Assembly: GCA_002435325.1 (NCBI GenBank)
Contig: DJMJ01000024.1
Location: forward strand, 108,338 to 172,337
DNA from: Nitrospira sp. UBA6493
GTDB taxonomy: Bacteria; Nitrospirota; Nitrospiria; Nitrospirales; Nitrospiraceae
Direction of reading: 5' to 3'
DNA length: 64,000 nt
Shown: positions 9,897 to 18,206 of the stretch, one piece after another
Layout: each line of letters opens with the position of its first letter
Numbering within the stretch: position 1 is the first letter of the stretch
Notes under the pieces: generated by a model
Told to the model about the DNA's origin: nothing
Seen by the model: only the letters and a program-made list of their open reading frames with translations
The model's database searches: none
Program-made: the position numbers and the translations under genes

Positions 9897-11153
9897 GTGG
9901 CCGTTCGTGTGGTGATTACCGGGCTAGGGATCGTGTCCCCTATTGGAATTGGCGTGAGCGCCTTTTGGAAAGCCGCCTTGGCCGGCCAATCAGGCATTTC
10001 GGCGATCACCTCCTTCGATCCGTTTCCCATGGATGGCTATCGCTCAAAGGTGGCCGGACAAATCCGTGACTTTTCCCCTGAACTCCATATCGGCTCCCAG
10101 CAAGGTGACCGCGTTGACCGGTATGCCCAGTTTGCCCTCGCGGCCAGCCGCGAAGCCATTGCCGACTCCAGCCTGCGCATCGACAAAGAGCTGCCGCACC
10201 GTGTCGGCGTGATCGTCGGAGCCGGCATGGGCGGAATGGTCATGGGCGAGCGCGAGATCACACAACTCTACGAGACCCACAAGCCCCACCGCGTGCATCC
10301 CAACTTCATTCCGACGATCACCTTGAATTCCGCCTCGGGGATTGTCGCGATGGCCTCTGGCGCGAAAGGGCCGAATCTCACGATTTCAACCGCCTGCTCA
10401 TCCAGCGCCCATGCCTTGGGCCAGGCGCTGCAATGCATTCGCGCCGGCCAAGCCGACGTCGTCATTACGGTCGGCGCCGATGCCAGCATTACTCCTCTCG
10501 TGTTTGCCGGCTTTTGTTCAATGCGCGCGCTGTCCAGCAAGTTCAACGATCAGCCTGAACGCGCTTCCCGTCCCTTCGACCGGGCGCGGGACGGATTCGT
10601 AATGGGTGAAGGCGCGGGCGCACTGATTGTCGAATCGCTGGCCCACGCAAAAAAGCGAAAGGCAAAAATCTACGCCGAACTCTCCGGCTATGCTGCCACA
10701 AGCGAGGCCTACCACATGGTTATTCCCCGTGAAGACGGCGAAGAAGTGGCCACGACCATGAAACTGGCCCTGAAGGCCGCCGACATAAGCCCATCAGAAG
10801 TAGACTATATCAACGCCCACGCCACATCGACTAACATCGGCGATGCGGTCGAGACGAAGGCCATCCGCAACCTCTTCAAAAACCGAGCGGACAAAATTGC
10901 CATCAGTGCCACGAAATCGCTGGTCGGACATACCTTGGGCGCGGCAGGCGCGATCGGCGCGATCGCCACAACCTTGGCGATTCAGTCAGGCCACATTCAT
11001 CCCACGGCGAACTATGACGACCCCGATCCAGACTGCCAACTGAACGGCATCAGCCGTTCGCCCCAAGAGCGCAAGATCAGAGCCGCATTGCTCAATGCCT
11101 TTGGATTCGGTAGCAACAACGCCGCCGTTGTGCTCACACGATTCAAAGCCTAG
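9897..11153 (+). CDS. fabF: Beta-ketoacyl-ACP synthase II
   Basis: STACSSS, NAHATST, KSLVGHTLGAAG (Cys-His-His triad), NAFGFGSNN. Confidence 0.92.
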   Translation: MAVRVVITGLGIVSPIGIGVSAFWKAALAGQSGISAITSFDPFPMDGYRSKVAGQIRDFSPELHIGSQQGDRVDRYAQFALAASREAIADSSLRIDKELPHRVGVIVGAGMGGMVMGEREITQLYETHKPHRVHPNFIPTITLNSASGIVAMASGAKGPNLTISTACSSSAHALGQALQCIRAGQADVVITVGADASITPLVFAGFCSMRALSSKFNDQPERASRPFDRARDGFVMGEGAGALIVESLAHAKKRKAKIYAELSGYAATSEAYHMVIPREDGEEVATTMKLALKAADISPSEVDYINAHATSTNIGDAVETKAIRNLFKNRADKIAISATKSLVGHTLGAAGAIGAIATTLAIQSGHIHPTANYDDPDPDCQLNGISRSPQERKIRAALLNAFGFGSNNAAVVLTRFKA

Positions 11154-11185
11154 CAGATCCCTGCAAGGAAGAAGGAACCATCACC

Positions 11186-11596
11186 ATGGCCGACCAGACG
11201 ATCGTTGACAAGATTACACAGGCTCTCGCGGACTATTTAAAACGGGATGCCGCCACGATTCGCGCCACCCACCATTTGCGCGACGACCTCGGGCTCGACT
11301 CAATGGCGGTAATCGAACTCCTCTACAAAATCGAAGAGACCTTCGACCTCCAAATACCAGACCAGGATCTTTCGGCCATGACAACCGTGAGATCGGTCTC
11401 GGCCTATGTCGAGCAGCGGCTGGATCCGGCCAAGAGTTCTCCAACCGATAGCCGAAAACCAGCACCGGCGAAGAGTGCGTCGACAGCCAAACAAAAAGCG
11501 GCGCCGGCCAAACCAAAGCTTGCCAAACCCAAGAGCGCTCCGGCTGCCAAATCGAAAAAGGCACCGGCCAAACTGAAGCCGAAAAGAAAGGCGTAA
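11186..11596 (+). CDS. Acyl carrier protein with a ~55-aa Lys/Ala/Pro-rich C-terminal tail
   Basis: DDLGLDSMAVIEL phosphopantetheine site; tail KPAPAKSASTAKQKAAPAKPKLAKPKSAPAAKSKKAPAKLKPKRKA. Confidence 0.9.
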   Translation: MADQTIVDKITQALADYLKRDAATIRATHHLRDDLGLDSMAVIELLYKIEETFDLQIPDQDLSAMTTVRSVSAYVEQRLDPAKSSPTDSRKPAPAKSASTAKQKAAPAKPKLAKPKSAPAAKSKKAPAKLKPKRKA

Positions 11597-11599
11597 CCA

Positions 11600-12697
11600 A
11601 TGGCCGCCTCAGCTCCATCGATTCAGCTGACGCTCGCTCAAGTCCATCAACTGGTGGGAGGTGAATTACACGGCGACGGGAACACAAGACTCAGCGCCCT
11701 TGCCGGTCTGGGCGATGCCAATACATACTCATTATCGTTCGTGGCCAATGACAAAGCCGGCAAAACACCAGGCGCCGGCAACGCAGGAGCCCTCTTAGTC
11801 CATCGCCATTTGGCCGAGCTTCCCGTGCCTCAGATCGTGGTCGCCAATCCTCAGCTGGCCTTCGCGCAGACAGCTCAGAGATTCTTTGTCCCTTCTGCCC
11901 CCCCTCGAGGCATTGCCGATGATCTGGTGCGCGGCACAGAAGTAGAGATCGGCCCAGACGTTTCCATCTGGCCTTTCGTCGCTCTAGGAGACCGCGTCAG
12001 AGTCGGAGCCAGAGTGACTCTCTATCCGGGAGTCTTTATCGGCTCAGACTCGACCATCGGAGATGATTCGATCCTGTATCCCAACGTCGTTGTCCGTGAA
12101 GGCTGTTCGATCGGCGCGCGAGTCATTGTCCATAGCGGATCGGTCATCGGATCGGATGGATTCGGCTATGTCCAGCATCAAGGACGCCACCACAAAATCC
12201 CCCAACTGGGCGGCGTGACGATCGAAGATGATGTGGAATTGGGCGCGAACGTCACAATCGACCGGGCCACGCTGGGACAGACTGTCATTAAGACCGGCAC
12301 CAAGGTCGACAACCTCGTCCAGATCGCCCATAACGTCACGGTAGGAGCCCACTCCATCGTCGTGGCACAGGTCGGAATCGCCGGAAGCACGACAATCGGC
12401 CGGCACGTGATGATCGGCGGGCAAGCGGGCCTGGCGGATCACATTTCAATCGGCGATCAGGTGATGATTGCGGCACGGGCGGGGGTCAATCGCAGCCTGG
12501 AGCCGAATCAGATCGTCTCCGGCGCGCCGGTGATGCCGCATGAAATCTGGATGAAAGCCCAAGCCGTCATTCCACGGCTTCCTGAACTCCGGCAATTGGT
12601 CAGAAATCTGGAGCAGCGTGTCGCAGAGCTGGAAGGGAAACTCGCGCTGGCCACCAAACCAGCGCAAAAAAAACCCGCTCGCCGATCAACGCAATAA
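11600..12697 (+). CDS. lpxD: UDP-3-O-acylglucosamine N-acyltransferase
   Basis: Hexapeptide repeats, GSDGFGY, KIPQLGGV, TIDRA, KVDNLVQIAHNV. Confidence 0.95.
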   Translation: MAASAPSIQLTLAQVHQLVGGELHGDGNTRLSALAGLGDANTYSLSFVANDKAGKTPGAGNAGALLVHRHLAELPVPQIVVANPQLAFAQTAQRFFVPSAPPRGIADDLVRGTEVEIGPDVSIWPFVALGDRVRVGARVTLYPGVFIGSDSTIGDDSILYPNVVVREGCSIGARVIVHSGSVIGSDGFGYVQHQGRHHKIPQLGGVTIEDDVELGANVTIDRATLGQTVIKTGTKVDNLVQIAHNVTVGAHSIVVAQVGIAGSTTIGRHVMIGGQAGLADHISIGDQVMIAARAGVNRSLEPNQIVSGAPVMPHEIWMKAQAVIPRLPELRQLVRNLEQRVAELEGKLALATKPAQKKPARRSTQ

Positions 12698-12711
12698 CGC
12701 TGGTGGCGGGA

Positions 12712-13230
12712 CTAGACCCGTCCCCGCCAGAAAAACAGCCTCGCCCAATAGAATCCCGCCCATGGCAAGAGCAAGGCCGGCACCGCATCCACCTGGCCCA
12801 GCATGGTTGCAAACCAGGATGTTCCTAAAATCAATATCGCACCTAAACCATATGCCACGGGAATCAACTGCCGGCCCTGATGGTCGATGACCGGAAGGTT
12901 TGCGTCTTGCCTACCTTTGCTCCCCTTCTTCGCCGTGGCTGTCCGCATCCTGGCGGCAAGCACCTCAGGAAATTGTGCAAATAAAAACTGGTGATAGCGT
13001 GTTTGCGCGATGCCCATTACCACACCAAGAACAATCAACCCTGTGCTTTGGAAAAACGTGTCCCATGTATAATTGTCCGTGGCCAGCAGTTGGTACCCCA
13101 ATCCGCCCACGCCTCCAACCATGCACAGCAAGCCCACAATTCCAGACGGAAGCAGAATGTAGGACTTCACATAATACTGCGCTTGCTGCACAATCTGATC
13201 AGGTCGATGCCTGGCAATTAATTTTGGCAC
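12712..13230 (-). CDS. Hypothetical 4-TM membrane protein
   Basis: Four hydrophobic segments; GTG start after GAGGA. Confidence 0.7.
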   Translation of the reverse strand: MPKLIARHRPDQIVQQAQYYVKSYILLPSGIVGLLCMVGGVGGLGYQLLATDNYTWDTFFQSTGLIVLGVVMGIAQTRYHQFLFAQFPEVLAARMRTATAKKGSKGRQDANLPVIDHQGRQLIPVAYGLGAILILGTSWFATMLGQVDAVPALLLPWAGFYWARLFFWRGRV

Positions 13231-13516
13231 AACATCCTCTCTGAAAGACCATACCGATCACAGAAATAAGCTGAGTCCGATTATAACGATCCCGTGATGA
13301 TCTTGAAACCGCTTATCGTGAACAATCTCAGCCGCGCTCCATCTCGCATGCCTATCCGGCCCCCAGAGAGCGTTGGCCATGCGCCTGAATATACAAATGA
13401 ACACTACCTGCAAATGCTGTGGATGATCTATCGGTATCCGTGGGGGGGGGGGAACGAAAGGCCTTGCTACGCGAGATTCCTGCGACGATACGACCGAGGT
13501 GTGCTGTAGGGCGAAC

Positions 13517-14617
13517 TCAAGAAACCGTGGAACCTTCCTGTTTGTGCCGATCCTCCTCCTGCTCAGCCTCACATTGATCGGACTGATCTTGAGAACGTTC
13601 TGCTTGTGTCAGCACGGCACCTTGAATGGCCGACGCAATCCCATCGAGGCCCTCGAGCAACGAGGCAAACTGATCTGACCTTGTCCCAGGATTGCCGAAA
13701 CACCCACCAGTAGGCGTATCGGAGTCCGGCTCAAAGTGGACACTCCCGACGACCGGAGAATTCAACGCTTCAATAACCGCGACAAGCGGCGTCAAACTCA
13801 AATCAACCTGACGGCTCACATGTCCATCTTCCCCTTCAGCCTCATCTACCTTCACAATCGGCCTCAGCGGATACCGTGGATTGACGGCCACAACCAGTCC
13901 GGTTTCCCCGGTCGTCAATCGAACCGTGGTGCCCAATGGATACACTGATAACTGCTCGACAAGCGCTTTCACAATCTCTCGCGGAAACGTCAGTCTTTCG
14001 GCAACCATCAATTCTTGAATTGCTTCGTGCGGAAGCATCCGGCGGCGATAGGGGCGCTCGCTGATCAGGGCATCGAAGACATCCGCGACTCCGATGATCT
14101 GAGCCATTTCACTGAACTGCCGGCCTCTTAGCCGGTTGGGATATCCCAAGCCGTTCGACCGTTCATGCGCCGCTCGAACCACCTGCGCCAACCAGAGATA
14201 TTCCGGCGCAGCTCGTTTGATGGCCTCATATCCCAACTCGGGATGCTGTTCCAGGAGCATTTGTTCATCCGGTGTCAGTCGCCCTTCCTTTGTCACCAGC
14301 GACTGCGGCACCGCACACAAGCCCACATCGTGAACAAGCCCAGCCATCGCCAGTCGCTCTAACTCTTCGCCAAAATACCCCAGCCGCATCCCCATTTTTG
14401 TGGCAACAATGGCCACATTCAGCAAATTTGTCAGGAGCGGGTCACCGGAAGGGCTCGACAGCGCCAGCACGGTCAACGCCTCGCTCCGCTTCAGCGACGC
14501 CACCAAATCCGTCGCCAGCATCGTCACGCGATCAAGACAGATGGTGTGCTGACGTTGAATCGCTAACACCAGTTGCCTCAACTCGCCTTCAGCTTCGCGA
14601 TACCACGAAATCGACAT
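13517..14617 (-). CDS. HD-GYP cyclic-dinucleotide phosphodiesterase
   Basis: LVHDVG, HPELG, HERSNGLGYP, ADVFDAL, RPYR. Confidence 0.88.
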   Translation of the reverse strand: MSISWYREAEGELRQLVLAIQRQHTICLDRVTMLATDLVASLKRSEALTVLALSSPSGDPLLTNLLNVAIVATKMGMRLGYFGEELERLAMAGLVHDVGLCAVPQSLVTKEGRLTPDEQMLLEQHPELGYEAIKRAAPEYLWLAQVVRAAHERSNGLGYPNRLRGRQFSEMAQIIGVADVFDALISERPYRRRMLPHEAIQELMVAERLTFPREIVKALVEQLSVYPLGTTVRLTTGETGLVVAVNPRYPLRPIVKVDEAEGEDGHVSRQVDLSLTPLVAVIEALNSPVVGSVHFEPDSDTPTGGCFGNPGTRSDQFASLLEGLDGIASAIQGAVLTQAERSQDQSDQCEAEQEEDRHKQEGSTVS

Positions 14618-14662
14618 CCAATTCCCTCGCTCCATGCGCGCACACACATGTACAACAATACC

Positions 14663-15607
14663 CTAGACTTCCGGCAACAGCGCGCTAATGGCCTCTCGCT
14701 CTTCGCGCCCGGCTTCCACCCACTTCTGCATTTCTCCCAACAGGCTCCGAATCCGCTGTTCCACTGCTCCAAACTGTCTGGAATCAGGCAACACACGACG
14801 TTCCGCCACAATCGTCAGAAAACTCCGCAATCCTTGAAAAAACGTCATCGCGGGAACGGCATTGACCTGCTGCGACGCCGACCACAGCGCGCCCGCCCGA
14901 TCGATCAACGAGTCCCACGCATCGATCGACGGCTGCTCCGGCGCGTGCAACCCTCGATGCAGCTGTGCCACGCCCTCAACTACCATCGGCCCTTGCTGCT
15001 GAACCGCATCCAAAAAGACCTGTTCGGCATCAGCCACACGTGCGAGAAAGTCTTGTAGCGAGTTCGTATCGCACTGCGTCACACCCGTATCGACCAACCC
15101 CTGGACCTGCGCGATCACGGTTTTCGTCACATTACGCGCCATCTCACCCGCCCCGGCCTGGCTTACCAGCAACCCCTGCAGTGCCGTCAATAATTCCGAC
15201 GTGGCCATCGTCGCAGGGATCGCCTCTGTGCACACGGTTGACTCGGCATCGAACGTCACCCCGGTTGCACGAGTGAGCGCACCGTGAATCTGTCCAAGTT
15301 GCTTACAAAGCGCCAGGAACGCACTGGCGGACAAGGCCACAGTCGGATTCTCAACCGCTTCGACAAAAGGCAATGCGGAAAAGCTGGCTTGCTCGACATC
15401 CGTCAGGTTGAGGGTCGCAGCCGACCCTCCAAGGTTCGCCAGGCCAGCCCTGATCGTTTGGGCAAGTTTGGTATGACGGTCTGCTGGCGGCCCCTGTTGC
15501 AACTCATCCAGCGCGACATGAATCTGCTGCAGCCACTCTTGTGCCTCCTGCACAAAGAGGGTTACCAGTTCTTTCTGGAACTCATCGTTTGCATCGATGG
15601 ACATCAC
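14663..15607 (-). CDS. Hpt-like helical protein lacking the conserved His
   Basis: ELVTLFVQEAQEWLQQI...IRAGLANLGGSAA aligns with the Hpt motif FRxAHTLKGSA but has no His. Confidence 0.65.
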   Translation of the reverse strand: MMSIDANDEFQKELVTLFVQEAQEWLQQIHVALDELQQGPPADRHTKLAQTIRAGLANLGGSAATLNLTDVEQASFSALPFVEAVENPTVALSASAFLALCKQLGQIHGALTRATGVTFDAESTVCTEAIPATMATSELLTALQGLLVSQAGAGEMARNVTKTVIAQVQGLVDTGVTQCDTNSLQDFLARVADAEQVFLDAVQQQGPMVVEGVAQLHRGLHAPEQPSIDAWDSLIDRAGALWSASQQVNAVPAMTFFQGLRSFLTIVAERRVLPDSRQFGAVEQRIRSLLGEMQKWVEAGREEREAISALLPEV

Positions 15608-15656
15608 GCCTCGTCCCTTACGAAGTGCAAATCGGCACGCAGTCAGGTCCGACGGC

Positions 15657-17117
15657 TCATGATCGTCCCTTGGTATGACCTAGCTGCGAAGCCAATCCTG
15701 CGATCTCACCCAGTTTTCGGGCCATGTCTTCAAATCGTTTGGTGGCCTGCTCAGTGGCATGCTCGGCTTCCGCTACTCGCCTGGTCAGCAACCCGTTCCG
15801 ATCCCGTTCCGTCGAAAGGAGTCCTTCCACCTCCTGCGCTTTAGCCGCGGCCTTTTCCAGCTCCTGATATTTTGCGACCCCTGCACTGACCTTCTGGTTC
15901 AGCTCAGCCACTATGTGCTCCAGCTCGGCAACCCTCGCGATGCTGCGTTCAGCCGTTGCCAACCGCGCACTCAGCTCTCCGACACGCGCGCGCTCAGTCG
16001 TCAACGCAGTTTCCGCCGCGTTCGCCTGCTGTTCATAATCCGCGGCCCGATGCTCCTCGCGCGCCAGACGCGTTTCAAGCTCTTTCTGGCGAGCAGCACT
16101 CTTTTCGAGGATCGTTAATTGCTCCACTAGTTGCGCCGCCGCCTCCCGTTCGGCATATAACGCCGCTTCCAGCTCCACCACCTTCGCCGTCGTCTTTTGG
16201 AATTCAGCCAGTTGTTTACGATATTGTACGACCGCCGTCTGTTCATGCTGCAGGGCTGATTGCAGTTCCTGCACTCTAGCTTGGGCTTGCTCGCCCGCAG
16301 CCACCTGACCCTCTAAATTAGCAGCCTGCTGTTGCGCTTGGAGCAAAGCCGCTTCCACTTCCTGCACCCTGGCCTGGGCATGCTCACCCGTTGCTACCTG
16401 CCCCTCTAAATTCGCAATCTGCTGTTGCGCTTGGAGCAAGGCCGCTTCCAGCGATGCCGCTCGCTCGGAAAGTGCGCGTAACTCAGCCGCTTGCTGACGC
16501 CCACCCTCCATCGCGCCCTCCAACTCCTGCACCCGTCCTGCCACAGCCTCCAATTCCGCGACACGCCTGGCAAGTTGCTCTGCCCGATCCCGCTCAGCCG
16601 ATAGCTGCGCATCAACTTGCTGAGCTTGAGCCACTGCCTCCTGATAGGCCGCCAATCGCTCTGGGGTTATCCAGGGTGCGCCACCGGAATCGATTGGAGC
16701 GCCTGTACTCTCGGGCTGAACAGTATGAACGGGAGGAGCCACCTGCACCTGGCGTTTGGCAATAAGTTCAAACACGCGATCTTTGAGTGAAGTGCCTTGA
16801 AAGGGTTTTTTCAACACTCCGTTCGCACGGCACGATTCCGCCTGCCGTGTGACTTCCTCATTCACAATCCCTGAAATCAGGAGAACGGGGGTTTCGGCCA
16901 GCGCCGCATTCCCTCGAACAAACGCACAAACTTCGTACCCGCTCTTATCCGGCATAATCACATCAGAAACGATCACATCCGGCTGCTCTTTTGCTAGGTA
17001 CGCCAGCGCTTCTTCTCCATTCGCGGCCAACGTGACTCCCAGACCGGCCTCGGTCAGCAACCGCTCCGCCACTTTCCTGACCGCAATACTGTCATCAGCT
17101 ACTAGAATCTTCGCCAT
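15657..17117 (-). CDS. Response regulator receiver fused to a long coiled coil (FrzS/AglZ-like layout)
   Basis: KILVADDS, SDVIMPDKSG, LKKPF, followed by ~330 aa of heptad-rich sequence. Confidence 0.85.
   Translation of the reverse strand: MAKILVADDSIAVRKVAERLLTEAGLGVTLAANGEEALAYLAKEQPDVIVSDVIMPDKSGYEVCAFVRGNAALAETPVLLISGIVNEEVTRQAESCRANGVLKKPFQGTSLKDRVFELIAKRQVQVAPPVHTVQPESTGAPIDSGGAPWITPERLAAYQEAVAQAQQVDAQLSAERDRAEQLARRVAELEAVAGRVQELEGAMEGGRQQAAELRALSERAASLEAALLQAQQQIANLEGQVATGEHAQARVQEVEAALLQAQQQAANLEGQVAAGEQAQARVQELQSALQHEQTAVVQYRKQLAEFQKTTAKVVELEAALYAEREAAAQLVEQLTILEKSAARQKELETRLAREEHRAADYEQQANAAETALTTERARVGELSARLATAERSIARVAELEHIVAELNQKVSAGVAKYQELEKAAAKAQEVEGLLSTERDRNGLLTRRVAEAEHATEQATKRFEDMARKLGEIAGLASQLGHTKGRS
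16266..16450 (-). repeat. 93-bp (31-aa) tandem duplication in the coiled coil
   Basis: EAALLQAQQQ(I/A)ANLEGQVA(T/A)GE(H/Q)AQARVQE twice; ttcctgcac at 16266 and 16359. Confidence 0.9.
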
Positions 17118-17156
17118 ACCAACCCCCTTCTACCGCCATCCCGCTAGCACTGAACT

Positions 17157-17600
17157 TTAGGCCTGTCCCAACCGCGCGAGAGAAAGAATGGGAACCTCTT
17201 CAAAACCCACGGTGAAACTCTCTGCCGCAGGAACATCGCTCTTCAAATAGGGATGAACCGATCCCGCGTCCAGCGTATGCAGACTAGGCATTTCCTCATC
17301 GATGCAAATAGCCATGGCACCCCCCGGCTGTTTTGCCAATAGGCATAACCTCTGCTCTCCTTGTACCGCAACATGGAGCAATTGGGCTAAATCGAAGACT
17401 GGAAAGACTCCCCGATCCTGCCGCACCACTGCCGTCACAAATGGCGTCCGACTAGGCACCGGAAAACTTCCGCCCCAGGAAGAAATCCCTCCTACCTCAT
17501 CGGTTTTAACCGCCAACCGGCGACCGCCCACCGTAAAAATAAGGAGGTAACAAGATCGGGAGACACTCTTCTGTTGCCGTCCAACCGCCCCTCTCAGCAT
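17157..17600 (-). CDS. CheW-like protein
   Basis: LLIFTVGGRRLAV, VFPVFDLAQLL; start overlaps the upstream stop. Confidence 0.75.
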   Translation of the reverse strand: MLRGAVGRQQKSVSRSCYLLIFTVGGRRLAVKTDEVGGISSWGGSFPVPSRTPFVTAVVRQDRGVFPVFDLAQLLHVAVQGEQRLCLLAKQPGGAMAICIDEEMPSLHTLDAGSVHPYLKSDVPAAESFTVGFEEVPILSLARLGQA

Positions 17601-18130
17601 GATGGCCCTCCTCCCATCGACGGCGACACAGGCTGCGACATAAGCGCTTGCCAATTACCATAGGATACAGCCCCTGGAGAGACCGCAGTCTTAATCCCAC
17701 TTAAAAGCCACATCGTTTGCAGTACAACGGACATACCCACACTCAACGGCAGCAGGCCGACATACCACTCTCGTTCCGCTCCACGAAACTGATGTGGCAG
17801 AGGGAGTATCTGCCGCCGCTCGCACTCGACCAACCCATGCACAGCAGCAACTCGCACACTGGCCCGCACGGGTCCCTGCGCCAGCAATACCACTCTCGTG
17901 TCAGGACTGTCGCGATCGCGCTCAAGCCCCAGTCGGCTCGCGAGATCCACCGGCACATACACATGCCCTTGCACGGCCAGATTCCCATCAGAGCCACTCT
18001 CCGCGATCGTCAGCAAACCCTCTACTGCGTCCGCTGACAATGCGACCTGCATTCCGCCAATCGTCACGACGAGATAGCGCTCCATCGACACTCGTAAGCG
18101 CGCGCCTGCCTGCCGTCCACGCAAACTCAT
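17594..18130 (-). CDS. CheW-like protein (divergent)
   Basis: YLVVTIGGMQVAL, PVDLASRLGL, VRVAAVHGL, ILPLP. Confidence 0.7.
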   Translation of the reverse strand: MSLRGRQAGARLRVSMERYLVVTIGGMQVALSADAVEGLLTIAESGSDGNLAVQGHVYVPVDLASRLGLERDRDSPDTRVVLLAQGPVRASVRVAAVHGLVECERRQILPLPHQFRGAEREWYVGLLPLSVGMSVVLQTMWLLSGIKTAVSPGAVSYGNWQALMSQPVSPSMGGGPSC

Positions 18131-18206
18131 GCTGCCGCCTCATCCGTCATGTCTCTTTACTTTCCCTCGCCGTTAAAGCAGTCACTGTGGCGGCCTTCTG
18201 CCATCA

